DNA of 64,000 bases, taken from positions 28,655,178 through 28,719,177 of the forward strand of contig JAHRHZ010000025.1 of assembly GCA_024137785.1 (NCBI GenBank), read 5' to 3'. Origin of the DNA: Ginglymostoma cirratum. Lineage: Eukaryota. This document shows positions 1 to 12,520 of the stretch, piece by piece. The notes beneath the pieces are model-generated. The model was given only the letters and a program-made list of their open reading frames with translations. It did not search any database and was not told the DNA's origin. Made by a program: the position numbers and the translations under genes. Positions within the stretch are counted from its first letter, which is position 1, and every line of letters starts with the position of its first letter.

Positions 1-49
1 TTAATACACACAGCAGTTTGAGAAACATGGCCCTGGGCTATGACCCTCA

Positions 50-345
50 AGGCACACCATCTCCCTCAACAAACAGAGTCACCTTCCCACCCATAAACAC
101 AGCCGTGATTCCATTCAGTATTTCATTCTGTGGGCCTCTCCCTTGACAAATATAGCTGTGAACCCCCTTGACATTTGACAAACATGGTCGTGACATCCCC
201 TTGATAAACAGCCCGCAACCCCTCCCTCTATAAACAAGGCATTACACCTCTCAATAAACAAGTCTGTGACTTTACCTAATAAATAATTCTGCACCTCAAT
301 GAACACAATTGTAGCCACTCTCCCCTCGACAAACACAGCCAGGAA
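50..345. repeat. degenerate ~26-bp tandem repeat (consensus roughly cctcccttgacaaacacagctgtga)
   Basis: about ten imperfect units recurring with an aaac core. Confidence 0.55.
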
Positions 346-1059
346 TCTCAGTCAGCTCTTTTAAAGTAGAGAAACAAATGAATTACCATTATCAACCATA
401 CGATGGATTTGATCCTGAGCATAGCTGAAATATTTTTGTACCAAATCAAAAATGTGAGAGGTAACCTTGCATTTGATTTATTTTATTTCATTTGATTAAT
501 GCGCACTGAAAATTTACAGATGTTTTGGGTGTATAAAATGAAAGGGGTTTCCATTCTGACAGGTGAAAGTTTAAATGGATCACCTGCAGTTATAAGGGCA
601 GAGATGGAAGATTTTGTCACAAAAAGAGACACAGGACAGATTTGACAATTAAATTATGACATTCAAGAGTCAAAGTAGCTGGCCTGTTTGAGAATTTCCC
701 TTTGTGCACCATCTGTTAACGTGTAATTGAGGCTTTGTGAAAGTTCCCTTCATGGCTCAGTTGTTTAATGCAATACCTTAGTGTGAAAGTAGAAATCTTT
801 CAGGTTTAATCTCTTACTGGGTTGAGTTTCCTGATTTCAGACTGAGCCCTATAAATACCTTCACCATTGCCAGATCTTCTGTTCCTGATTGATAATCCCC
901 GACCTTGCAATATTAATAATGTCCCCTCGGGCAAAGTCTCACATGGTTACATGGAAACGTGCATCAGTGCAAGTGTGCATTCTCCTGAGAGGTAGTTTGG
1001 GAATACATTGAAGATTTAATACCAAGGAGATCATTACGCTAATGTTGTCAATCACTAAA

Positions 1060-1370
1060 ATTTTCACTGAGGCTAGTAGAAAGAAAAACTGATTTTTTTT
1101 CAGGTGATGTTAGGTGGAAGGATAAATATTAGCCAGTATAGTGTGGAAAACTGCTTTTCCCTTCTTCCTATTAAAGCCATGTTATCTTTTATGTCCTCTC
1201 AAGAGGGCAGATGAGGCCTCAGTTTTAACACCTAATTTGAAAGACAGCACTTCCAACAGTGCAGCACTCCCACAGTACTGCATTGAAATGTCAGCCTGGA
1301 TGTCATTCCCCAGCCTCTTGGGCCAGGAAATGTGTGTCAGGGGTGAGAGTGTGTTGGCACTGAGGCACGA
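1060..1370 (-). mobile_element. Deu-domain SINE (SacSINE1/AmnSINE-like) fragment
   Basis: minus strand reads gggagtgctgcactgttggaagtgctgtctttc...gttaaaactgaggcctcatctgc, the Deu-domain core. Confidence 0.6.
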
Positions 1371-2799
1371 TGACACTGCAGAAACAGAGTTGTAACAGTG
1401 GAGCAAAGTACAGCTGCTGTGGTCTTGCTATCTATATCGTCTCCAAGAGACAGCTTGTTTTCATAGTATACAGCACCAAGCAGGCCTGGCTAAGTGAGGT
1501 GGGGTCTCTAATTTCAAGATGTATACAATATATTTAAGGACTATTGCTGTTACAGGTCAACTATAGGGCAGTGCAGGCTTATTGCAAAATAGTGAGTGTG
1601 GGTAGATGCCTGTCTGCTCTTTCAGTCCTGAACTGTGCACAGTGTGCAAATGCAGCATCATCAGTAGCTTCTCAGAGTATAGCTTTTTCACAGGAAGCAC
1701 AGCACAGAGCGAATTGGGCTAACTGTTATCCTGTGGTCCAACCGAAAACCGTCACGCAAATTGTCGTCAAAGATTTGCACGCACAGTCTGCAGTCCCGGT
1801 TCAACAACCATCACAGCTTTCTCTTTGAGAGCGAGGGATAATTATTTCAACACCTCTATGTATAACATTTGTGTATTACAGTTTACTCAGGGAGCCTGAG
1901 TCGTCATGGCACTTTTTAAATGCATGTTGCGGTCTGGAGCCACGGATGGTGAGGGCAGAGGCTCCAACACTCCCGCTACTAAACTGCTGAACAGGAATTT
2001 CTCCCGCACTAACTGCCTGCAATCGACAAGTGTCATAAGGATTGTCAGATTCATACTCAACCGCTCTGACCACGTTATTTTGTGAAACAGTCCTGGGGTG
2101 GCTCTCAAACCTGAGTCTCTGGGCTCAGGAACGCCACAAATCTCTTCCTCTATGAACGGGAAGCCGGTATTGGAAAAAGGACCATTTTCCCACTTTTTCA
2201 GATGATGTTCCACTTTTTGGAGATCCTTTTAGTATTGGCTATTTGATTCCAGTGTCCTTGTACACTCACACAGACAACACCATCACAGCCCCCGAACGTT
2301 CTATAACCCAGGTTGTGCCTTTATCCTGCTGAATATCTCAGTAATATGCTGGTACATGTGAAAATCCTTCACTGTATGGCAGCTTCCCAGTTTTTGGCCT
2401 CAGAAGGTAATAGAATCAACAGTGCAGCAGGCTGTGAGATAGGCGAAGAGTTGTTTAATTGATTCACTAGTCAGTAAACGGATAAGTGAACAGAAACAAT
2501 AACACATTGGGCCACATCTTCCAAGGAGAGGCAATCTCATGCACGTTACTACTCCAGCTCTTCTTTACAAAAGAAGGGAGCATCTAATTTCAGAGAAGAG
2601 GCTCCATTCAGAGTTCCCTCAGAGGTACAGAAACGTCCTTCCATTCTAACAGTTCTTTTGTAGCATGTAACTGTCAGGGGGAAGGTAAACCAAGCCCACC
2701 CTCCACTTTCACAGCAGTCAGCTGCTATATTCGGATATTTCAGGTCCTGTTGGTCACTTTCACAACTACTGTCACAGGATAAGTATATAAGTTAAGTGA

Positions 2800-3056
2800 G
2801 GGATCTTGCAGTGCAGTGCTAGTGCCCCTATCTTTGGGCCAGAAGGATTAGGTTCAAATCCCACCTGCCCCAAATGTGTGTTTTAACATGTGTGAACAGG
2901 TTGTTAAAAAATATCCAGGAAATTTATGACTTCTTGGGACTTCTGTGGTGCAGTAATAGTGTCCCTACCTATAAGCCAGAAGGTTTCAGTTCCAGTCCTA
3001 GCTGCTTTGGAAGTGTAACATTACAGATCTGAACAGGTTGATTAAAAAAAAATCTA
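2800..3056 (+). mobile_element. two tandem ~115-bp tRNA-derived short SINE copies
   Basis: both read gtgcagt..tagtg.cccta..gccagaagg...ggttc..tccc...tgaacaggttg.ttaaaaaa; similar copy near 48520-48620. Confidence 0.55.
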
Positions 3057-4285
3057 CAAAGTGAATATGATGTTTGGTTGCTGGGAGGGGAGGGGCAAGG
3101 ATGCCAGGTTAGGGATCAAGCTGGGAGGGGTAGGATACCAAGTGACAAGAGAGAGAGAAGCAGGTAAGAGATGCTGCGTTTAGAGCGCAGGAATTGGGTT
3201 TTCCCGGGGCTGGAAAGTGCTGTCAACTCTGGCAGGGGGAGGGTCTAGATGCAGGGGGAATGAAGGGGGCTCAGACTGGGTCATGTCTGGGGAGTTAACT
3301 GCTCTGGAGGTGGCCATCTTAGGGGTGTGTGAGGTAAGTATGCGATCAGTTCACTAGTTACTGAGAAGTTAGACTATGTATTATGTCTGGCATTTACTGA
3401 GAAACTATTTAATCTCATCGCAACAACGCAAACTCGCCGATTTAAATTGAGATTTTAGGGGGATCCCAACATAGCCGAAATTCCCAGTGGAAAACTCAAT
3501 TTCCTGTGCAATTGCTTTGGAGTTTGCTAAGAATGGGATTCCATAGGGGCCCAATGCAGAACTCCCACCTACACTGCCTGGCCATCAGAAAATCTGGCGC
3601 ATTATATTTACAGTACTTACACTTTTTACCTACTGATCTCTGGCTATGAATAATTTGTAAAATGCACCAGATATAAAGGTCCCAATTTAAACCTTTGTGC
3701 CCAATAATGAGAGAATGTCAATGATACTGGGATTGGAGATTAGGATTCCTCAATTCAGACCCCGTATGAAGCTTATGCTAAAAAACAGTCAGAGATTACT
3801 TAATATTGAAAAGTGGCAGCTCAATAATTCCCTGGGTGCAATGAGTTACTTTCAACTCCATCACAGGGCAATCCACTGCGAAGCAGCATCATCATCTTGG
3901 CAGGAGAAGTCAACTGGCCAGAATAGGCCTAAAATAGTACCTGTTTTTCAAGTCCTGGTTGGCCAGGATATGCAGGGGTACTGAGCTGATCTCAAATGCC
4001 CATATCCTTCCTGACAATTGTGCCAACCTCTCATTTCACCAGATCCCATCCCATCCCTCTCCCTGACTGCTGGCAGTATTCCTGCAGACACTAGCTGTAG
4101 CCTCATATCATTAATCTGTACTCCCACTCTCTAGCTAGACTCTCAATCTGGCCAGCTGTAGAAGGGAGCCTGCACTGATTCACCTAAATGAGGACTTGCC
4201 ATCGAGATCAGCCTTGTTTCCATGTCCTCAGCCTTGCCAGATTTGGTGTTCTCCCCCGAATCTCCCACTCCACATAGACCCACCA

Positions 4286-4642
4286 GGGAGGCGATGGCCT
4301 AGTGGTATTATCACTGGATTGTAAATCCAGGGACCCAGACAATGTTCTGAGGACCTTGGTTTGGATCCTGCCACAGTAGCTGGTGGAGTTTGAGTTCAAT
4401 TTTAAAAAATGTGGAATTAAGGATCTAATGATGACCGTGAATTCATTGCTGACTATCGGGGAAAACCCATCTGGTTCACTAATGTCCTTCAGGGAGGGAA
4501 ACTGCCATCCTTACCTGGTCTGGCCTATATGTGACTCCAGACCCACAGCAATGTGGTTGACCCTTAACAGAATTAGGGATGGGCAATAAACGCTGGTCCA
4601 GCCAGCAATGCGCTCATCCTGTTAATGAATAAAGGAAAAAAA
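4286..4642 (+). mobile_element. full-length tRNA-headed SINE with CR1-type tail
   Basis: A-box-like tggcctagtgg, B-box-like ggtttggatcc, tail gggatgggcaataaa...aatgaataaaggaaaaaaa. Confidence 0.75.
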
Positions 4643-5759
4643 CTGCCCATTAATACGTCATCCGAGTTATTCAAACAAAAATCAACATGTAGCTTGAAGC
4701 TGAATTGAAGCGCTAGTTCCTTCTCTCTGACACACAGACTAATATCAAACACAGCTAAGCCAGCAGTAAAAGTGACCGACATCTGATTCTATACTCAATT
4801 AACCACAGGTAACATTAAATGTCAGTAACCTGAAGTAAACTGGCCAAGTAGGATGTCTGACAATTACCCCTCACATATTGTCAATTACTAACTCTATAAC
4901 CAGTGGGGAATGAGTAATCCTTATTGAGCACACCAGGTTAGGTACACACATTCTCAGAGTGACAGATTTTGAGACACTGGCTCAGACCTATGCTTTTTAA
5001 CGTCACAGATTACAGGAGATTGTGTTCATCCTCTGCTGAGTTGAAAAAGATTAGAGGGACAGGATTTTTTTTTGCACAGAGTACAAGCTTTTATAAATAC
5101 ATCAATTACATTTCGCTAATGTGTCCACACCAGCAACATCAGAGGTTTGAAACTTGATCTCAGCTCAGTTAGCCTATCTAAATATCTTCAAAGGAGGTGG
5201 TTTTGCAAACACCAAGATCGTAATAGGCACTGTTAGGACAAAACATGCAGTTCTCACTGTGGAATCTCATTTTTTTTTAACTAGTTCATTGCCAATTCTA
5301 CACAAACCTAGTGTTCTATGAGCTTTTATGTCTTTTAACTTGTCAACAATTCATTGTCAATGCACAATGCCTGCCCATCAATCAATCAAGTAATATTAAA
5401 TGGAGAGTTTCATCCCAGCAGAATACTATATCCTACAGCATGTGTGATATTATTTCCCTATTTAAACATCAAACACATACAATGTCAGGGAAGTCCGATA
5501 CAATAGATATCTGTGTAATATAAACTTGTATTATGCTATGTCCTAGGGCTGGATCTGACTTATTTCTTACTTTCACCTTTATGGATGATTCCTGGCCAGA
5601 TATCACGGGCCACAGGGTGGGACCTGGTGACCTTGGAACTGAACTGTCAGTTCTGAGAGGTGAGTTTTTTTGTCCAGTTTTGGAGATGGCATTCTATGTG
5701 TGCACTGGTCTCAGTATAATACATATGACAATATATTATAATAGGTCATATAACAAATG

Positions 5760-5995
5760 GGGAGGCAATAATACAGCAGTATTATCACTGGACTGCTAAT
5801 CCAGAGACCCAGGTAAGGATCTCAGCACCCGGGTTCGAACCCTGCCGTGACAGATGGTGGAACTTGGATTCAGTAAGAGTCTAATGACGATCATCAATCC
5901 ATTGCCGATTGTTGGAAAAACCTATCTGGTTCACTAACGTCCTTTAGGGAAGGAACAGCCATCCTTACCGAGCCTGGCATACATGTGACTCCAGA
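5760..5995 (+). mobile_element. 3'-truncated copy of the 4286 SINE family
   Basis: aligns with 4286-4540 (ggttcgaaccc B box; ctggttcactaa.gtcctt.aggga). Confidence 0.7.
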
Positions 5996-6544
5996 GCTGA
6001 GTCCATGAAAAAATCGGTCATGATCTTATTGAATGGCAGAGCAGGTTCGAGGGGCCAAATGGCCCACTCCCGTTCCTATTTCTTATGTTCTTATGTACAA
6101 TTACTGAGCCTCCTCACTTAAGGGACCTTGCCACTAACTTGTGGATTTGGAGGGTGAAGGGATACTCCTGAAGAAGCAGAAAAGTGACTAAAGCCCTCTG
6201 CAAGTAGTGCTGCACTTGTGCCTTGAGCGAGGCACAGTTATCTGGGCAAGGTAAAGAAGACCAGCCCTTGCCATCAAGAAGGAAGCAACCACAGAGTTAC
6301 ACCATCTGCTGGTGTCTGAACATCAAAGACAAGGATAGTCTGCCCATGGACCCAGATTCAACAGCTCCCTGCAGTAAAGAATTCTACAGATTTACCACCC
6401 TCTGAGATAAGAAATTCCTCCTCATCTCTGTCTTAAAAATGGATGACTCCTCACTCTGAGATTACGTCCTCTGGTCTTAGACTGTCCAACAAGGGAAAGA
6501 ACCTTCTCATATCCAACATGTCAAGCTCCCTAAAGAGCTTGTAA

Positions 6545-7600
6545 TGCTCCTGGAACTGTTCTGTCTCTTTAACCCCGTTCAAGCTTTCCACGATTATGGG
6601 TGAAACTATAACCTTTACTCCAGCTAAATCATTCCCCAGGAATAAGTCAATTCCAACCATGGGTAATTTCTAAATAAGTCCTGTTCCCAGTGATCCAATT
6701 AATAAGCCACACACTTTTACTTTATTCAACAGAACTGGGATACACTCTCCACTTATCCCATTAATTAGCATTTTGGCATTCATTTCACTCTCTGGTGGGA
6801 ATATAATTCCTTCTGTTGCAAAACAGTGTTGAGTAGCTCCAGTGCTCCCTTAATATCGTTAGGATTTTAACAGCATCATATGAAGAAAACTGAGCTATCT
6901 TCTCTTTTGACATAAACTCTTTCCACCTTTGATCTACCCTATTCACCTCTACTGCACTTAGCAATGTTTACCTCTGTTTTCCTGATTGTAGTTCAAAATG
7001 CAAACTATCTGTGGTGTTTATGTTTTGAGTTACTTTTTTATGGACTCACTCTTACAAACCCCAATAGGTCCCATCGGCTTTCATTGCCATGTCCAGCATT
7101 CTGAACAAGGGTATTCCACTTCTTTACGATGGAAATATCTAAACATTTGATTTTTACCTCCACCATCAGCACCTTCTGTGTCTCCATTTTTGCTTCTTGA
7201 TGCTTGATCTAGTGACAGTGCAGGATATTTATCTTTTGCTTTTTGCACGACCCTTTTCAGTTGAAGGAGCAAGTGCAACGTGCCACATTTCTGCTGGATA
7301 TGAAAGGTTATAGGTGTCAGCAGCTCAGCATCTGCCCCGGTCAGCTGCTGCTGTTCCCTACCTGACACAAGTGAGACCTACTGACAAGGTCCTGGCTAAT
7401 TGAGGGCCCTTTGAAACTCACTGTACTGTACAGCCCCTTGTTCCTCCACAACAAAACTCAAAGCTGCTTCAGGAACTCTAAGCCATTCAATTACCAACAG
7501 AAAATGAACGACTCATACTTTGTTTCCCCCTCTTGGTTACTCTTCATTTCTTTTAGTCTTCAAATTGTAATTTGTTTCAAGCACTGAGCTGGTGACACTT
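6545..7600 (-). mobile_element. degenerate Gypsy (Gmr1-like) LTR retrotransposon gag-protease fragment
   Basis: minus frames give GIDLFLGNDLAG and a broken IL-R(D)TGATQ aspartic-protease motif near 6830-6865; stops and frameshifts. Confidence 0.65.
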
Positions 7601-7866
7601 CATTTCGGTCATGATCTACTTTTGCTTTTGCAGCCACCTAGTGGTCTATCCTCAAACATCATCAAGGCCCAGCTCCATGTGTCTATTCTCAGTGGAAGTT
7701 CATTAATCAAGTTGTGATGAGTCTATGCAACCTTGAGAGAAGAAATATGCACCTGATATGGATTTAATCATTTTCTAAGTGATGTAAAGCCACAATCTAA
7801 TCCCAGGTTTGACAGGGCTAAGGGAATAACTTTAAATGTTAACCAGCATGCTTCCACAGAGCAGAC

Positions 7867-8221
7867 CATGGAATCCCTACTGTGGAAGCAGGCCATTCAG
7901 TCTGTGACGTCCACACCAACCCATCGAAAAGCATCCCACCCGGATCCCCACACCCCCTACCCTATCCCTGTAACCCTGCATTTCCCATGGCTAAACCACC
8001 TTGCATATCCCTGGACACCATGGGGCAATTTAGCATGGCCAATCCCCCTAACCTGCACGTCTTTGGACTGTGGGAGGAAATTGAAGGACCTGGAGGAAGC
8101 CCACGCAGACACAGGGAGAATGTGCAAACTGCACTCAGACAGTTGCCTGAGGGTGTAACTGAACCCAGGTCCCTGGCGCTGTGAGGCAGCAGTGCTGACC
8201 ACTGAGTGACTGTGCTGCCCC
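7867..8221 (-). mobile_element. HE1-type (V-domain) SINE, full length
   Basis: tRNA head cagcactgctgcctcacagcgccagggacctgggttc, V-domain tttgcacattctccctgtgtctgcgtgg...ccacagtccaaagacgtgcaggttagg, CR1-like tail. Confidence 0.85.
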
Positions 8222-8917
8222 TAGATCCTAGTGAAATATGGCCATTTGGAAGCAAGCAGATGTGGACTGATGCTTGGGATCGGCATCTCCAAAGCAGTAT
8301 TTGGCTAGCAGAGTAATCCGCACTGTTGGTCTTTCTGTTGCCACATGTCTGGGTCTTTGTCAGATTTTCACTGCTTCCTGCTCGGTTATTTCACTACAGC
8401 CATTTATACATCCTCTGCGGCCAGATTCTGTTTCTGTATCATTCTCATATTGATTATCATCATCACCATTTTGGTCATTTGCTCACACCTCTCCTCTACC
8501 CAACACAGATAAGAAGCCTTATGCAAATGGAACAAAAATGGCACTTCCTTACTCTTACAGGCTAACCTCTCAGATGGTGTAGTGTGTGTATGCACTACCT
8601 TATTCAAAACTGAATCAAAGAGACCAGAAAGGTCCTTATTTTCATCCTTCTCTGTGCTAAGTTACCAGGTCTGAACCAGGGTGGCAGTAAGACCTCTACA
8701 TTGAACCCACTGCCCAGGCAGGGGAGGGATGCCATATCACCCTCAACGATACAATAATAGATTGTTCACTATGCTCATCTAACTCGTGCTTAAGTATCTA
8801 CCCTTAACATAAACAGCATCCCAAGGTGGGTTACAAAAATAAGCTAAGAAAACTGACATTGTTCCAGGATGTGGGAGATGCAGAATATTACTTAAAAGTC
8901 AGAGCTGAAGAGGTGTA

Positions 8918-9228
8918 TTTTTTAAGTATATTCATAGAACATGGGCATTGCTTGCCAAGCCATCATTTGACTGGCAGGTAAGAGCCAACCAAATTGCTGT
9001 GGGTTTGGTGTCAAATGTAGGCCAGAACATGTAATAACGATAGATTTCCTCCCTACAAGCAGATCAGTGAAATTAAGGGATTTTTTACCAACAGTTTCAA
9101 TTCCAGATTTTTCATTGAATACAGATTTCACCATCTGTCATGGTAGGTTCTGAAATCATGGCCCAAGACCATTAGCCTGGGGTTCTGGTTTAGGAGTCCT
9201 GTGACATTACAACTACATTACTGCCTCC
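8918..9228 (-). mobile_element. diverged copy of the 4286 SINE family
   Basis: reverse complement aligns loosely from head (ggaggcagtaatg) to tail (atgaatatacttaaaaaa). Confidence 0.55.
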
Positions 9229-10199
9229 TCCATGGGGTATCTCTTCAACTAAACTGCAAATGAAATAGAGTATGTAATAAATTAACCAACTGGCTGATTA
9301 CATGTAAAGACAATGAGTGAATGGAATTATTATCCTACAGTTTTGGGCTTTCCTACACTGGCCGTCGGCATTTTCTCCAGGAATGTTTATGTGCTGTCAC
9401 ATTGTGCCATATTCTGACCTTAATAAGCGACTGTGATTTAGCCTGTAATGAGTGAAACTTTTAAGTACTGATGCATTTTCTAGCAAGCAACATGAGATAA
9501 TGGTCAGAAGGTGGAATGTTGCTTGATTACCTCCCCAAACTCTCCTCTAGACAGTAATGCAATGGGATACTGAAGTCTGGAAGCAGATATAAAGCGAAGC
9601 TAGGAGGCTTATTGTCATCCGGATGTTCCTTCCACAATTTGTTTGTTTTCAAAACCACTGGTCCTGACAATCAGTTTCCTGTTCTGTCCAATTGTACAGA
9701 ATATTCTGAGTTCAGATCAGTTATGATCCTGTTATAAGATAGAGCAGGCTTGAAAGGCCAAATGGTCTATCTCAGCTCCTATTTCATACATCGGTAGGTT
9801 AGTTAACATTTCAGGTCGATTATTTGCAGCAGGGCTCTATGTGCATCATGCCTGTATAGATCAAGTAATGAACACATCATTCTTCCACCTCCTCATGATT
9901 GTCAACAATGGCCTAATGCTCCATCTCACTCATGTCCTCTCCTGTTGAAACCCTCATCCACAGCCCCTGTGCTCATTACTCTACACACCAACTACTCCAC
10001 TCCTTTCCTCTCAATACCCTTCAAACCCAACTGAGCATCAACTCTATTCATCCCTCCACAGAAGTTGCTCATAGTGCTGAGTATTCCCAGTATTTTCTGT
10101 TTTAATTTCAGATTTACAGCTATACTTTGCGTTTGTTGTAGAGAACATCCTGCCCTGTCTCCGAGACTGATTAGTTCACGTTTGGAAGGCAAACTAATA

Positions 10200-10400
10200 A
10201 AGGCACTGTGACACTCCTTTTGACTGGGTGGCTGCAACATGAAAATAATATTTGGATTGGGTCAGATCATCAGCCTTCTGTTGATCAGAGAAATCGAGGA
10301 CGGCAGCATAGGTTGTGAGAAATGCAGTGGAGAAGTCGATGAGTATGAGAGAGACTGATTAGTGTCATGGAGGAAAGCTTCAAAAGAAGTTTTGATTGAG
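10200..10400 (-). mobile_element. old L2-type LINE RT fragment
   Basis: minus frame SLILIDFSTAF...KGVSQ resembles LILLDLSAAF and GVPQ RT motifs. Confidence 0.4.
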
Positions 10401-11762
10401 ATCAGGCACAGGGAAAGGCCAGCAGTAACAGTTGTCAGAAAGTGGTTGATTTCATTGATGTACTGAAAATGAACAGGGTAGGATACTGGACATAATTGGT
10501 GCTGATTTCAAACAAATAGCTTACACGTTCAGTTCAATGGAAACTTTTAACTGACATACTGCTAGCAGTATAGGAGGTTATAAGCGTACAAAGTCAAGGT
10601 TACAGGCTATCAAAACCATCAATAAATGTCACAATTAGTAAAAACTGCAATTAAATAGAACATAATACAATGCAATTAGATGAGTTCACTGATACACTGT
10701 CCTCCCACTCCAGGAATTGAAGCTCAGCTCCATCCCAAACTGCTGGAATGAAAGAGAACTCCTTTGCTAGTTGTGAGCATCTTCTGGGAAAAAGAGGCTC
10801 ATTTTCAATCCAGTTTCCCAAAGCACAAACTCCACTTCACTTAGAAGTTGCAATATACATGAAACCAAACTGGGTGTGATTTTCCCCTCTCTCTGGAGGT
10901 GGCGACAAAGTTGTCAAGCAAGTGAAATATTAGGGCAAGTTCACCCTGGACACAAACTCACCCAGTTCTTGACACTTCACTAGCTAAGGTCTCGACAAGA
11001 AGATCCATGGATGACTTGCTTGATCCACCAATTAATGCTCTTAAGTGGTCGAGCGGGCAATCGGAGGCACAGATAAATGGCAAGAGGGTGGTCTGTGGAA
11101 GCCACCTTCTCCCCTTGCCACCAACTTCCTTGTGCCCCCTTCTCCCCATGTCACCAACACAGGAATGATATAAAAAGTAGTTGGTTTCTCACAGTTGGGT
11201 GTGCCAAGGACTAGGCCTCAACTGACTGACTTTTGGACTCAGAAGCTGCTGGCCTCTGACTGGCTGGGAACTCAGTATGCCAGTGTTGAGGCCTGTGATT
11301 CTCTGAGCTGATTGGTGGGTCAGTCAGATGGTCTTCTCAGTGGTTGGGGTGGCACATTAGTCATTATCTCTTACGCTCACCAACCACCCCCCCTCCGCCC
11401 ACCCCGAATCTCCCCACACACAAGAAAAAAGTGAGTAAATTCCATCCACTGATACATTTTAAAGGTAGAGAGGAGAAATAGGAGTTGTATTTTCTGTACT
11501 GTTTAATATCATTTGACAAGGACACCATCATTCACCTTTATTTGAGGATGAAGAGCCTTGTTTCTTCATTCTATCCTCATGCTTCACTGATTATTTTTTC
11601 CTGTGAAGTTAGATGCACTGCCAGTGCCTGAACAACCTTATTTGTCAGTGAAGTGAAGGAATAGCAGAATTTCTGATTGATCAGCATGCTCACAACAAAG
11701 CCCGTGCTAATCATGAGTGAGTCTGGCTGAAGTATATTTTACTGGACTTTGTCATTTCTTAC

Positions 11763-11943
11763 CCATCATAACGATGGCAAGGACAATATCACTGACTTCC
11801 TGCATGAACTTCAATCCAAACGCCAGTAGAAATCCTCCAATCAATTCGATCCAGCCCACCGTCTTTAGGTAATTCATTGGATCTACCTCAATACCCGTGT
11901 CAGTTAAAGGGAACACTTCAGCGAACTTCACAAACTCATCAAC
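11763..11943 (-). CDS. TMEM35B: TMEM35B coding exon 2, VDEFVKFAEVFPLTDTGIEVDPMNYLKTVGWIELIGGFLLAFGLKFMQEVSDIVLAIVMM+G
   Basis: gtttcttcatag| acceptor, G|gtaaga donor, 181 nt in phase with exon 1; FV.FAEVFPL...DP.NY...VG..EL motif of TMEM35B; missed by the ORF track. Confidence 0.93.
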
Positions 11944-12129
11944 CTATGAAGAAACAACAAATAAAGGGAATGAAAATCAACAACATCTTGTGACAAGATA
12001 ATGCGGTATATTGGGGAGGCTAAGTAAGCAAATAAGGTCCAACCCCATCAGCCCAGCTTTACAAGGAAGTCTCTCTCAAGTACTACTATCCTTTCAACCC
12101 ATCTGTACTGTGAACATAATTGGCATCAA

Positions 12130-12520
12130 CTAATCACTTACTGAAAACATAGAGGTTGGTATTGCAGTGCCAGGAGAAATTGGGTGCTGCTTTGTCAGAA
12201 ATGCCAACTTTTGGACGGGACATTAAACAGAGGTCCCATTAGCGCTTCAGTTCGTCTGGAATAATGCAGTATCTTTTACAAGAAAAGCAAGGGAGTCTAC
12301 CCTATTGTGCTGAACCATATTTATCCCTCATCCAGTGGCTAAGACATATGATCTGATCATTTTCTTTTTGTTGTCTATGAGATTTTGCCATGCACAAATT
12401 TGCTGCAATATTTCCAATACTACAACACTTGCAAAGTATATAATTGGTCACAAACATTGTTGGAAAAAGGAGATTGTCAAAAGCACCAGAGAAATGCAAG
12501 TCTTTCTTCCTATAAATGGA
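12130..12520 (+). mobile_element. Deu-domain SINE fragment
   Basis: gtgctgctttgtcagaaatgccaacttttggacgggacattaaacagaggtccc core and L2-like tail. Confidence 0.55.

Noticed and set aside
50-345. CRISPR-like array
   Set aside because: Vertebrate DNA; degenerate tandem units without unique spacers.
1337-1485. Candidate TMEM35B exon 3 (GLLGAVYYENKLSLGDD...)
   Set aside because: Weak similarity, and it runs into a SINE head; likely chance.
7704-7753. Candidate TMEM35B exon 3 (GAYFFSQGCIDSSQLD*)
   Set aside because: Poor acceptor, no hydrophobic helix, similarity limited to two residues.
7868-8255. Cluster of overlapping ORFs; possible tRNA gene
   Set aside because: HE1 SINE; the tRNA-like head is SINE-derived with no complete cloverleaf.
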